Of a DNA stretch of 64,000 nt, positions 47,129 to 58,223 are shown piece by piece; positions within the stretch are counted from its first letter, which is position 1; each line of letters begins with the position of its first letter. Both the position numbers and the translations under genes were made by a program. The notes under the pieces were generated by a model, which saw only the letters and a program-made list of their open reading frames with translations, was not told the DNA's origin and made no database searches. The stretch comes from an uncultured Rhodospirillales bacterium (lineage in GTDB: Bacteria > Pseudomonadota > Alphaproteobacteria > JAWKYA01), in NCBI GenBank assembly GCA_964397465.1, contig CAYNIC010000001.1, forward strand, positions 381,391-445,390. The letters are read 5' to 3'.

Positions 47129-48082
47129 TTACCCTAAAGACCCCACCAGAAAGGGCAGCAAAAGTGATAGGGTCAGCGCCGCCGTCGCAGTGCCAATGGC
47201 AACAATAGCCGCAGACCGCTCGATCGCCACATTATAGCGATCGGCCAAAATAAACAGATTAACGCCAGCCGGTAGTGCCGCCATGGTGACGGCTACCTTG
47301 GCCCACAGTGGATCGATATCAAAAATCCAAAAAGCCAAGACGGCGACGAGCGCCGGATGAAGCACCATTTTTAAAATGACGGCCAAGGCCGCTTCGGCCC
47401 CAATTTTATGCAGACCGTTTAACCGCAGCGCGCCGCCCATTGCAAACAACGCACAAGGGCTCGCCGCCTGCGCACCTAACTCCAAGAAGCGCGCGATGAC
47501 CGCCGGTAAGGGAATGGCCAAGAAAGCGACAAGCATGCCAAGGGCAAGGGCGACAACGAAGGGGTTGCGGATTAATCCTTGAACGATCAAGACGAACATT
47601 CCCCAAATGTTGGGACGCTCGCCCAAGCCAACTTCGATCAACAAGGTCGAGGGCGGAAAGAACACCGCCGCATGAATCGCAATGACGAGAAACAAAGGAA
47701 GCGCCGCCTGCTCGCCCCACAAGCCCAGGACAAGCGGGATACCTAAAAGAGCCGTGTTGGAAAATGCCGACCCAAACGCGAAGGCTGTTGCTTCGGCAAG
47801 GGGACGACGGAACAGATGCCGCGAGATCAGTAGCCCCACACTATAAACTGTAATCCCCGCGCCGAAGTAGGTGACGAAATAAGACCAGGGAATGGCCGGC
47901 GGCAAGGTGGTTCCGGCAAGATTGGCAAACAGCGAAAAGGGAATGGCAAAATTGAAAACGAAACTGGTCAGGCCTTTGAACCCACCCGCATCAATCAGCT
48001 GCAGGCGGCGCGCGATCGCCCCCAGCAGCACCAGCATGAAGACAGGAATAATAATCGTAACGGCGAGATTCAAGAAATGCAC
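47129..48082 (-). CDS. AEC (auxin efflux carrier) family transporter
   Basis: 317 aa with about 10 TM helices. The layout and the N-terminus MHFLNLAVTIIIPVF are typical of the family. Confidence 0.85.
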   Translation of the reverse strand: MHFLNLAVTIIIPVFMLVLLGAIARRLQLIDAGGFKGLTSFVFNFAIPFSLFANLAGTTLPPAIPWSYFVTYFGAGITVYSVGLLISRHLFRRPLAEATAFAFGSAFSNTALLGIPLVLGLWGEQAALPLFLVIAIHAAVFFPPSTLLIEVGLGERPNIWGMFVLIVQGLIRNPFVVALALGMLVAFLAIPLPAVIARFLELGAQAASPCALFAMGGALRLNGLHKIGAEAALAVILKMVLHPALVAVLAFWIFDIDPLWAKVAVTMAALPAGVNLFILADRYNVAIERSAAIVAIGTATAALTLSLLLPFLVGSLG

Positions 48083-48157
48083 TTTCCCTTACAGCAGACG
48101 CTGCATTAAGCGGGAATTGTCTTCTCTTCGCAAGCTCGCTGCGCGTTGTCGGGCGAC

Positions 48158-48961
48158 TTAAGCTTCTTCGATCTTGGCATGTTTCTGAACCGTCGCCTCA
48201 TCAAGATTATAAAGCGCATCCAACAAAAATACGCGAAGGGAGCCCGGACCCTTTGCTTTGGAAGCGGCGATCTCACCCGCCAGCCCATAGATCGCCGTTG
48301 CCGCCGCGGCGGCAACAAGCGTATCCTTTTCAACGGCCAGGAAGGCGCCGATCACCGCCGTAAGCCCGCAGCCCAGGGCGGTGACGCGCGGCATCATCGG
48401 GTGCCCGTTCGATACCCGCAGAATCCGGCGGCCATCGGTGATGATGTCGACCGGCCCCGTGACCACAACCGTTATCCCCAGCTGGAGGGCAAATTCCTTC
48501 GCCGGACTCTCCGCTTCATTCGAAGGACGGGTACTGTCGACGCCTTTCGAGGCGATATCCGTCACCCCGGCAAGGGTCATGATCTCCGACGCATTGCCGC
48601 GCAGAACGGTCGGCTTCATATCGGTAAAGCGTTTGGCCACCGCGGTCCTATAGGCGGTCGCGCCGACGCCGACGGGATCGAACACCCATGGCTTTCCCGC
48701 ATCTTGCGCCGCCGTAATCGCCCGCTCCATCCCTTCGACCCAGCCCGGCGACAGCGTACCGATATTGATCGTCAGCGCGCTGGCGATCTGCACGAAATCC
48801 CCAACCTCTTCCTTGGCATGAACCATGGCGGGGGAAGCGCCGATCGCCAATAAGGCATTGGCGGCAAAATCCATCGCCACAAAGTTCGTAATGTTTTGCA
48901 CCAGCGGATTTATGCTGCGTAACCTGCCCAGCAAAAGCGCCGGACTTTTCGTTTGGTTCAT
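48158..48961 (-). CDS. thiM: hydroxyethylthiazole kinase
   Basis: 267 aa with NITNFVAMDFAANALLAIGASPAMVH and TALGCGL. Confidence 0.9.
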   Translation of the reverse strand: MNQTKSPALLLGRLRSINPLVQNITNFVAMDFAANALLAIGASPAMVHAKEEVGDFVQIASALTINIGTLSPGWVEGMERAITAAQDAGKPWVFDPVGVGATAYRTAVAKRFTDMKPTVLRGNASEIMTLAGVTDIASKGVDSTRPSNEAESPAKEFALQLGITVVVTGPVDIITDGRRILRVSNGHPMMPRVTALGCGLTAVIGAFLAVEKDTLVAAAAATAIYGLAGEIAASKAKGPGSLRVFLLDALYNLDEATVQKHAKIEEA

Positions 48962-49015
48962 CTATTTTCCTTAGAGCCTATCTTTGAGCTAACAGAAAAT
49001 GCCCGCCGATCAAAC

Positions 49016-49043
49016 AAGCCGGCCGACTTGGATCGGCCGGCTT
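49016..49043 (-). terminator. GC-rich hairpin after the TPR gene (weak U-tract)
   Basis: The minus strand reads AAGCCGGCCGA, loop tccaag, TCGGCCGGCTT, followed by GTTTGAT. Confidence 0.45.
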
Positions 49044-49051
49044 ACCCTTAT

Positions 49052-49555
49052 TTAGTTTTTCTTATTCTTAGCGATGAACGCGTTCAAATCTTCGAGCTCT
49101 TCGCACGCGCCGTGACAGATCTTGGCGAGGTTATCGCGCAACTCTTCGGCTTTTTTGATGTCGCCGATCTCAACATACAGTTCGCCTAAATATTCATGGG
49201 CGCCCTTGTGGTTGGGATCGAGACGCAGCGCCTCGCGATAGTTTTTTTGTGCCTCGTCATACTTTTGCTGTTTGCGATAACTATACCCCAACCAATTCCA
49301 GGCATTGGCATCATCCGGATTCGCTTTGACGGCGTCTTTCAGGAGGTCGCTCGCCTTGGCGTATTGTTCGGCCTTGATCAATTTGACCGCTTCCGTACGC
49401 TTGGCGTCGGCCCGCGCCTTGCGATTATCGGTGGATGTAGCGGAACTTCCACCGCTGCTGCCACCGCCGCTATCGCTGCCCGCGGCGTGCACAGCCACCG
49501 GCGCGATCATGAACAACATAAAAATAAAGACAAAAATCTGTTTACTGGGGTTCAT
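49052..49555 (-). CDS. secreted TPR-repeat protein
   Basis: It has the signal peptide MNPSKQIFVFIFMLFMIAPVAVHA and TPR motifs (ANAWNWLGYSYRKQQKYDEAQKNYREALRLDPNH). AGGAGG precedes the ATG at 49555. The ORF track start at 49609 is less likely. Confidence 0.75.
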   Translation of the reverse strand: MNPSKQIFVFIFMLFMIAPVAVHAAGSDSGGGSSGGSSATSTDNRKARADAKRTEAVKLIKAEQYAKASDLLKDAVKANPDDANAWNWLGYSYRKQQKYDEAQKNYREALRLDPNHKGAHEYLGELYVEIGDIKKAEELRDNLAKICHGACEELEDLNAFIAKNKKN

Positions 49556-49804
49556 AAGACCTCCTGTTGAGTTCGATCGACTATAGGTGCTTGTCCGGGC
49601 GTAAAGCAAAACAAAGACCTAAAAGATGGAAAAACTGCACTTTTTGATTGAAATAAATAAAGTTTTGCTAAAAATAGATGAAAATCAGTGTTAAACACGT
49701 ATTTGTTTCGATTAAGTCTAACTTTTATTCTCATTCCCTTTTTGCACCAACACAGTAATTTCCGGTACAATGACCCTGAATGATTGACATAAAATTCATC
49801 CTGG

Positions 49805-50602
49805 TTGGTGGGCAGATACAACGTGGCAGTTAATTCTAACAGCGCTGTGGACGATTATGCGCGCTGGCGCCCGGGTTTTCCGGAGTGGGTTTTTGACCGT
49901 TTAGCAAAGATTGGCGTGACGGGTCCCGGGTTGCGCATCTTGGATCTCGGCACGGGAACGGGTCAATTCGCCCGCGGCCTGGCGCGTCACGGCGCCGCCA
50001 TCACCGGGGTTGATCCCTCACCGCAATTGCTGCAAACCGCGCGGCGCTTAGATGCGGAGGCCCATCTGCGCCTTCACTATATAACGGGCCATGCCGAGGA
50101 TACGGGATTGCCCGGACCCTCTTTCAACGTGGTAACCGCGGCCCAATGCTGGCAGTGGTTTAACAGCCCTAAGGCCATGGCCGAAGGCCGGCGCCTGTTA
50201 TTTCCTAACGGCCGCTTGGTCATCTGTCATTTTGATTCCCTGCCGAAGCCCGGCTCTGTTGTCGCAGCAACCGAGCAACTTATCCGAACATACAACCAAA
50301 AGTGGAGAATGCCGGGGAGCGACGGTCGTTACCCGCAGTGGAAACTCGATGCCGAGGCGGCAGGGTTTATCGACTTCGATAGTTTTGAAGAGGAAGAAAT
50401 GGTTCAGATGAGCCATGAAACCTGGCGCGGCCGCGTTCGTTCCAGCGAAGCGGTCGGCGGAAGTCTGACCGCGGACAAATTAGCCGCCTTCGATCGCGAT
50501 CTTGTTTCGCTGCTTACCCGGGAATTTCCCCAGCAACCGTTGCAGGTTCCCCACCGTCTTTGGTGCTTTATCGCCCGCAATCCGCGGCGCGACCTATCCT
50601 AA
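49805..50602 (+). CDS. class I SAM-dependent methyltransferase (type 11)
   Basis: It has the ILDLGTGTGQFARGLARHGAAITGVDPS motif I. Confidence 0.8.
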   Translation: MVGRYNVAVNSNSAVDDYARWRPGFPEWVFDRLAKIGVTGPGLRILDLGTGTGQFARGLARHGAAITGVDPSPQLLQTARRLDAEAHLRLHYITGHAEDTGLPGPSFNVVTAAQCWQWFNSPKAMAEGRRLLFPNGRLVICHFDSLPKPGSVVAATEQLIRTYNQKWRMPGSDGRYPQWKLDAEAAGFIDFDSFEEEEMVQMSHETWRGRVRSSEAVGGSLTADKLAAFDRDLVSLLTREFPQQPLQVPHRLWCFIARNPRRDLS

Positions 50603-52137
50603 TCCTGCTCTAAATAGCGCCGCGCGAGATGACGTTTGAAAATCTCGGTGCCGAGCGGGAGGCCCGTCGCCTTGGTTATGATCTCGTTCGTCGAGAAACG
50701 CGATCCCCAAGAATGCACGTTCTTCTTCAGCCAGCTCAGCAAGGGGACAAAATTACCTTTCGCTAAGCCCGGGACAATCTCCGGAACTTGCTTTGCCGCC
50801 GCATCAAAAAGTTGAGCTGCCGCCAGGGCGCCCAAGGTATAGGTTGGAAAATAACCGAAGGCGCCATCCGGCCAGTGAATGTCCTGAAGACATCCTAACC
50901 GATCATCCGGCGGCACTATGCCCAACAATTTTTTCATTTCCTCATTCCAGGCCGCCGGCAGATCCGCCACGGCCAAAGTTCCGCCGACGAGCGCGCGCTC
51001 TAATCGATAGCGCAAAATGACATGGGCCGGATAGGTGACTTCGTCCGCCTCGACGCGGATGAAACTGCGCTTCACCCGGGTATATAGCCGATAGATATTC
51101 TCTGCTTCCCAAACCTCCGACCTGTCGGTTGGCGTAGAAAAATTCTCCGCCAACTGCGGTGCAAGCCAGGTCAAAAAGGCGCGACTGCGGCAGGCCTGCA
51201 TCTCCAACAGCAACGATTGACTTTCGTGCATGGCCATGCCTCGCGCCTGCCCTACCGGCTGACCGCGCCAAGCCGGCGGCCGCTGACGCTCGTACATGGC
51301 GTGCCCGGTTTCGTGAAACACCCCCATCAAGGCGCCCATGAAATCGGCTTCATCATACCGCGTCGTGATCCGCACATCGGACGGCACGCCAGAAGAAAAG
51401 GGATGAAGACTGATATCCAGCCGTCCATGGGAAAAATCAAAGCCGATTTTTTGAATCAGGTGCTCGGCCAAGGTTTTCTGCTTCGCTGTCGGGAATGGTC
51501 CTACCGGACGGTGCGGCTCTGGGCGGCGCGCTTGATGTTCCAATGCCTGATCGATAAATCCGGGCAAAAACGTCGCCAAATCATCGAAAATCACATCGAT
51601 CGCTTGGGCTGATCCGCCCGGCTCATACTGATTAAGCAGCGCATCATAAGGACTGAGACCCAGCCGCTCGGCCTTTGCCGCCGCCGCCTCGCGGGTAAGC
51701 GCCAAGACCCGTTCGAGATAAGGACGAAGATAAGCAAAATCAGCCTGCGGCCGCGCGATGCGCCATGCCATCTCCGAGGCAGAGCACGCCTGACTGAGCG
51801 CTTCGACCAAATCCGCCGGCACCGCCACCGCGTTGGTATGGAGCCGCTGCATCTCAATAAGGTTGGCGACTTGCCAATCACTTAAGCGCGACGCTTCTGA
51901 AGCCTGCGCTTCATTCAGCAAATCACCTACCGCCGGATCGGTCAGCATTTGATGGCTGACAACGGACAGCACCGCCAATTGCTCCGCTCGCGCCTCCGCT
52001 CCGCCGGACGGCATGATCACCGCCAAATCCCACTGCAGCATCGCCCGGGCATCATCAATCGCGCTGAGGCGGCGAAAACGGTCTTCAAGCGCGCGGTAGT
52101 TCGGCACATCTTGTTTATGCTGATCAGCTTCGCTCAT
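50599..52137 (-). CDS. carboxypeptidase M32 (Taq-type metallocarboxypeptidase)
   Basis: 512 aa with the HETGHAMYE zinc motif, HESQS and IRVEADEVTYP. Confidence 0.9.
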   Translation of the reverse strand: MSEADQHKQDVPNYRALEDRFRRLSAIDDARAMLQWDLAVIMPSGGAEARAEQLAVLSVVSHQMLTDPAVGDLLNEAQASEASRLSDWQVANLIEMQRLHTNAVAVPADLVEALSQACSASEMAWRIARPQADFAYLRPYLERVLALTREAAAAKAERLGLSPYDALLNQYEPGGSAQAIDVIFDDLATFLPGFIDQALEHQARRPEPHRPVGPFPTAKQKTLAEHLIQKIGFDFSHGRLDISLHPFSSGVPSDVRITTRYDEADFMGALMGVFHETGHAMYERQRPPAWRGQPVGQARGMAMHESQSLLLEMQACRSRAFLTWLAPQLAENFSTPTDRSEVWEAENIYRLYTRVKRSFIRVEADEVTYPAHVILRYRLERALVGGTLAVADLPAAWNEEMKKLLGIVPPDDRLGCLQDIHWPDGAFGYFPTYTLGALAAAQLFDAAAKQVPEIVPGLAKGNFVPLLSWLKKNVHSWGSRFSTNEIITKATGLPLGTEIFKRHLARRYLEQD

Positions 52138-52864
52138 GCGTCACGTCCTTGCGCCAATGATAGGCGGCAAATACCGCCATTAAGGCCACCGCCAAGCCGT
52201 ACCAGGTGATGGCGTAACCAAGATGGGGGTTTCTCAGGATAATTTGCGTCTGCCCTGGTATAGGATAACCGCCACCAGCAACAGAGGTCGCTGCTTCGAT
52301 AATCAGCGGAAATGCGGTGGCCGGCGGCAAACCCTGCATAAGGCTGTGCGGATCATTGCTGTACCAAATATTTTTAACGAGATCATCCGCGGGCGTAAAA
52401 TAACCGCGCGGCGACGGCAACCGCGCGACACCTTCAATATGCTGAACGCCCGTAATTAAGCCTGATTGCCTTAGGCCGGGGGCTTTGAGATCCGGCGGGA
52501 TCCACCCACGATCGATCCAGACAATCTCGCCCCCTTCGCGGCGCAGCGGCGTCAGGATATGATAGCCCGCCTGCCCGTCGATTGAGGGGCGCCACCAATG
52601 ACGCTCCGCCTCGTGAAGAAATTCGCCATTAACGCGCACACGACGATAATCAAGCCCAGCTTGTGCGGCAGGATCTTTAAGATCAGCTGCAGACGGTAAG
52701 GCTATAGCCGTTAGGGTCAGTCGATCGGCGATACGTTCGGCCAGCTGGTTTTTCTGCTGCAGACGCTGAACCTGCCAGGTGCCCAAACCCAGCAGAAGAC
52801 CAACCGCGATCAGAAAACTGAGTGTTAGATAAGACGACGGCCGCTTCCAGTGACGCCTCGCCAT
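52124..52864 (-). CDS. SURF1-family cytochrome oxidase assembly protein
   Basis: It has the N-terminal TM plus GTWQVQRL motif and a C-terminal TM (ITWYGLAVAL). The start at MARRHW lies 15 nt after the ctaE stop. Confidence 0.85.
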   Translation of the reverse strand: MARRHWKRPSSYLTLSFLIAVGLLLGLGTWQVQRLQQKNQLAERIADRLTLTAIALPSAADLKDPAAQAGLDYRRVRVNGEFLHEAERHWWRPSIDGQAGYHILTPLRREGGEIVWIDRGWIPPDLKAPGLRQSGLITGVQHIEGVARLPSPRGYFTPADDLVKNIWYSNDPHSLMQGLPPATAFPLIIEAATSVAGGGYPIPGQTQIILRNPHLGYAITWYGLAVALMAVFAAYHWRKDVTHERS

Positions 52865-52878
52865 CGCCTTATCTCCTT

Positions 52879-53775
52879 TTACTCGGCGGGAAGCGCTCCG
52901 GCTCCCCAGAGGTAGACCGACACAAACAGGAACAACCACACCACGTCAACGAAGTGCCAATACCAAGCTGCCGCTTCGAAGCCAAAATGATGGTCGGGCT
53001 TAAAATGACCCTTGTAGGCGCGAAACCAACAAACCATCAGGAACAAGGTTCCGATGATCACGTGAAATCCGTGAAATCCCGTTGCCATAAAGAAGGTCGA
53101 TGGATAGATGCCGTCCTTGAACCCAAAGGCGGCATGGAAGTATTCGTAAGCCTGAACACAGGTAAAGGTCAGGCCCAAGGCAATGGTCAGGGCCAATCCG
53201 TTCAGGGTGCCCTTCCGGTCGCCTTCCCGCAACGCATGGTGCGCCCACGTCACCGTGCAGCCGGAAAGCAGCAGGATCAGCGTGTTCATCAACGGCAGAT
53301 GAAACGGATCGAAGGTGTGCACGCCTGCCGGTGGCCACACGCCGCCCGGAATCTCGTACGGCAACTCTTTGGGATAAAGCGACGCATCGAAATAGGCCCA
53401 AAAGAAGGCGACGAAAAACATCACTTCCGAGGCAATGAACAGGATCATGCCGTAGCGGTGATGCAACTGAACCACCGGGGTATGATGGCCTTCAAAGGTC
53501 GCCTCTCGAACTACCGTGCGCCACCACAGATACATGGTCAGCAAAACCAGAATGAAACCCGGCACCAGCTTATAAACACCAAGCGGCGCGAGCCACGCTT
53601 GCGTCGCCGGTCCGAACATATCTGGATGCATATAGAGAATCGCCCCAAAGGCCAAAACGAAGCCGGCCAAGGCGCCCATCGCCGGCCACGGGCTTGGATC
53701 GACCAGGTGATAGGGATGCTTGTTCGCCGGATGGTGATGGGCGGGATGGGCATGACCAGGAGTTAAAGTGCTCAT
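52879..53775 (-). CDS. ctaE: cytochrome c oxidase subunit III
   Basis: 298 aa with HPYHLVDPSPWP and GFHGFHVIIGT. Confidence 0.95.
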   Translation of the reverse strand: MSTLTPGHAHPAHHHPANKHPYHLVDPSPWPAMGALAGFVLAFGAILYMHPDMFGPATQAWLAPLGVYKLVPGFILVLLTMYLWWRTVVREATFEGHHTPVVQLHHRYGMILFIASEVMFFVAFFWAYFDASLYPKELPYEIPGGVWPPAGVHTFDPFHLPLMNTLILLLSGCTVTWAHHALREGDRKGTLNGLALTIALGLTFTCVQAYEYFHAAFGFKDGIYPSTFFMATGFHGFHVIIGTLFLMVCWFRAYKGHFKPDHHFGFEAAAWYWHFVDVVWLFLFVSVYLWGAGALPAE

Positions 53776-53792
53776 CGTGATCCTCTTAAGGC

Positions 53793-54371
53793 TTAACGGG
53801 TCGCCGGCTGGGCCGAACGGGAAGATGCCGCGGTATGCGACGGAAAGAAAGTATAGGATAGGGTGACGGTTTTAACGTCGTTCAGATTGGGGTCTTCGGC
53901 GAGAGCCGGATCAATGAAAAAGCTGACGGGGAAATCCATTTCCTGTCCCGGCTCAAGCCGCTGCTCTGAGAAACAAAAACACTGAACCTTGTCAAAGTAA
54001 CGCCCGGCTTTTTCCGGCGTGACGTTGAAAACCGCGGTCCCGACAATCGGATAGGCGGCGTTGTTGCGGGCGCGGTAGTGAATGAGTGTTTCTTCACCCA
54101 GCTTGACCGTTACCGGGGCCTGACTGGGATAAAAACTCCACGGCAATCCGCCGCCGATGTCCGCGTTAAACCGCACATCGAAGCGCCGCGCAGCGGCTGC
54201 CGGTGCATGGGGTGCCGCCGCAGCGCGCTGGGTGGTGCCACCGTAACCGGTAACCTGACAGAACAGTCGGTACAAAGGCACAGAGGCATAGGATAATCCC
54301 ACCATCAAGACCACGATGGAAAAACCTAAAAACAGAAAGCTGCGATTCTGGGCGGCGCGGGCGGACGACAA
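53793..54371 (-). CDS. ctaG: cytochrome c oxidase assembly protein CtaG/Cox11
   Basis: 192 aa with YRLFCQVTGYGGT and CFCF copper-binding motifs. It starts at TTG, preceded by GGGAGGA. Confidence 0.9.
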   Translation of the reverse strand: MSSARAAQNRSFLFLGFSIVVLMVGLSYASVPLYRLFCQVTGYGGTTQRAAAAPHAPAAAARRFDVRFNADIGGGLPWSFYPSQAPVTVKLGEETLIHYRARNNAAYPIVGTAVFNVTPEKAGRYFDKVQCFCFSEQRLEPGQEMDFPVSFFIDPALAEDPNLNDVKTVTLSYTFFPSHTAASSRSAQPATR

Positions 54372-54373
54372 GG

Positions 54374-54520
54374 TCAGGATCCTCCCATGCGCAAAATCGT
54401 GATGGCAAAAAACAAGATCACCAAGCTGACTAAGACCAGCATGACGGCTATATTCTTGCGGCGAAGCCGGCGCTGACGCTCAAGCATGTCATCGATCGGG
54501 GCTGGTTTCTTCACGCTCAC
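54374..54520 (-). CDS. small single-TM protein between ctaB and ctaG (below the 60-aa ORF-track cutoff)
   Basis: The hand translation is VSVKKPAPIDDMLERQRRLRRKNIAVMLVLVSLVILFFAITILRMGGS*. The first GTG overlaps the ctaB stop (GTGA). Alternative starts are at 54514 and at the ATG at 54487. Confidence 0.4.
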   Translation of the reverse strand: MSVKKPAPIDDMLERQRRLRRKNIAVMLVLVSLVILFFAITILRMGGS

Positions 54521-55482
54521 CCCCCCTGTCCAAGGCGCAAGGCAAACCATGCGAGGCCGTGGTCAACCGCCAACACCGTAAACAATAAAAACAAATACAG
54601 CAGCGAATAGCGAAACATCCGCCGGGCCGGGCCGTGATCTTGATCCTCGGCGCGGTAGACCGCCAAGGCATAGCCGATGAAGATAAGGGTCAACACGACC
54701 GCGACGGTAGCATAAAAAACGCCGCCAACGCCTGCCACATAGGGTAGAAGCGAGACCGGGATCATACCCACCGTATAAAGAAGGATTTGCCGCTTGGTGA
54801 CGGTGATACCGGATACGATCGGCAACATCGGAACATTAGCCCGTCGGTAGTCTTCGCTGGCGTAAAGCGACATCGCCCAAAAATGCGGTGGCGTCCAAAA
54901 AAAGATGAGGGCAAACAACGCCAAACTTCCCGCGTCGATGCCGCCAGTAACCGCCGCCCAGCCGATCATCGGCGGAAACGCACCCGAAGCCCCGCCAATG
55001 ACGATGTTTTGCGGGGTTCGGCGCTTGAGCCAAACGGTGTAGACAAAAACGTAAAATCCCGTTGCCGCCGCCAAGAGCGCCGCCGCGACCCAATTGAGCG
55101 CCAAGCCCATGATCACAACTGACCCGCCCGTCAGGATGGCGCCGAACGCCAGAGCTTCGGACGGATCGATCCGTCCCGCCGGGATGGGCCGGCCGGCGGT
55201 GCGGCGCATCACCTGGTCAATATCGCGGTCGTACCACATATTGATGGCACCGGCCCCGCCGGCCGAAACCGCGATGCAGAACACCGCAATAAGCGCCAGC
55301 ACCGGATGCAGATGGCCCGGGGCCAAAACTAATCCCACAGCGCCCGTGAATACCACCAAAGACATCACCCGCGGCTTCAGCAATGCGATAAAATCACCAA
55401 CCCGCGACGCTTGCCGATCCAGCTTGCCGTCACTCCTTGAAGCGGCAAGGCCGTAGGCAGGATCTGTCGCGAAATCGGTCAT
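54517..55482 (-). CDS. ctaB: protoheme IX farnesyltransferase (heme O synthase)
   Basis: 321 aa, a polytopic UbiA-superfamily protein, with NMWYDRDIDQVMRRTAGRPIPAG. Confidence 0.9.
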   Translation of the reverse strand: MTDFATDPAYGLAASRSDGKLDRQASRVGDFIALLKPRVMSLVVFTGAVGLVLAPGHLHPVLALIAVFCIAVSAGGAGAINMWYDRDIDQVMRRTAGRPIPAGRIDPSEALAFGAILTGGSVVIMGLALNWVAAALLAAATGFYVFVYTVWLKRRTPQNIVIGGASGAFPPMIGWAAVTGGIDAGSLALFALIFFWTPPHFWAMSLYASEDYRRANVPMLPIVSGITVTKRQILLYTVGMIPVSLLPYVAGVGGVFYATVAVVLTLIFIGYALAVYRAEDQDHGPARRMFRYSLLYLFLLFTVLAVDHGLAWFALRLGQGG

Positions 55483-55507
55483 GGCAAATGCACTACCCTA
55501 TGAAGGA

Positions 55508-57166
<1,659 letters not shown>

Positions 57167-57185
57167 TTAAGAGAAAGATAAGTTG

Positions 57186-58010
57186 CTATTTCTTCGCCGG
57201 CTGAGCCGGGGTTGCCGTTTCAAGCGGCGTATATTTTTTCTTAGCCTCGTCACGCCAGCGCGCATATTCCTGTTTGGAGACCGCCTTGATGGCGATCGGC
57301 ATATAAGCATGACCGACACCGCAAATTTCCGAGCACTGCCCGTAATACATTCCCTCACGCTCGATCCGGACCCAGGTCTCGTTCAGCCTGCCCGGAACGG
57401 CATCTAATTTTAATCCCAAAGACGGCATGGCGAAGCTGTGAATGACATCGCCGCCCGTCGTCAAAACGCGGATAGTCGTATCGACGGGCAGAACCAAGGG
57501 CTCGTCCACTTCCAGCAACCGCTTTTGTCCCGGCTTTAGATCCTTCTCCGCAATCAGGGTGCTGTCGAAAGTGAATCCGGCGTTGACATCGGGATATTCA
57601 TAGCTCCAGTACCACTGCCGCCCGACCGCCTTGATCGACATCTCGGCATCAGCGGCACGATCGGCATGGTAAAGAAGCTTAAATGACGGGATGGCAATGC
57701 CGATCAAGATGATGACCGGCAACAGCGTCCAGGCGAACTCAACCAAACTATTATGCGCCGTCTTGGATGGAATGGGATTCGCCCCGGCGCGAAACCGCAC
57801 CATGACATACAGCAAGAGCACAACGACAAAGGCGACGATCGTGCTGATGATCCAGACCAGCATCGTATGGAAGCCGTAGATCTCATGCATGATCGGCGAT
57901 GCGGGATCTTGAAGGTGCGTCCCCCAAGGCTCCGGGGCCGCAGCCACCGCCGCAACACCACACACCGCGACACCGAACCAACTTATAAAGGCAAGTACCG
58001 TCTTGACCAC
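57186..58010 (-). CDS. ctaC: cytochrome c oxidase subunit II
   Basis: 274 aa with the CuA site CSEICGVGHAYMP. Confidence 0.95.
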   Translation of the reverse strand: MVKTVLAFISWFGVAVCGVAAVAAAPEPWGTHLQDPASPIMHEIYGFHTMLVWIISTIVAFVVVLLLYVMVRFRAGANPIPSKTAHNSLVEFAWTLLPVIILIGIAIPSFKLLYHADRAADAEMSIKAVGRQWYWSYEYPDVNAGFTFDSTLIAEKDLKPGQKRLLEVDEPLVLPVDTTIRVLTTGGDVIHSFAMPSLGLKLDAVPGRLNETWVRIEREGMYYGQCSEICGVGHAYMPIAIKAVSKQEYARWRDEAKKKYTPLETATPAQPAKK

Positions 58011-58223
58011 GGATCGCTTCTCCCCACGTCACATCAAATCGCCGCACCACCCGCGGCCCACCGTCTGATCATCAGCAAAATCAGCGGGCAGAGTACCATC
58101 CCGCATATGCCTTCTGCTACGCCCCCATTTTTCCGGCGTTTAGTAGAAAAGAGCCATGTGGCAATCTGACGCTAAAGGCCGGGAAAAAATCTCGATTTTT
58201 CCTGGTTTCTTAACGGGATAGCC

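Noticed and set aside
48962-49051. I looked for a TPP riboswitch upstream of thiM.
   Set aside because: The 90-nt interval is too short and lacks the conserved CUGAGA and ACCUGAUCUGGAUAAUGCCAGCG-type elements. It is mostly taken up by the hairpin that ends the upstream TPR gene.
52822-53766. A 314-aa ORF on the plus strand, the longest unexplained ORF in the track.
   Set aside because: It lies entirely antisense to the unmistakable ctaE and surf1 genes. Its translation is Arg/His/Gln/Gly-rich low complexity with no motifs. This is typical of stop-poor antisense frames in GC-biased coding DNA.
58170-58200. A hairpin, CCGGGAAAAA-atctcg-TTTTTCCTGG, between the GT2 gene and ctaC.
   Set aside because: The stem is A/T-rich, and on the relevant minus strand it has an A-C mismatch. 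No clear U-tract follows, so support for a terminator is insufficient.
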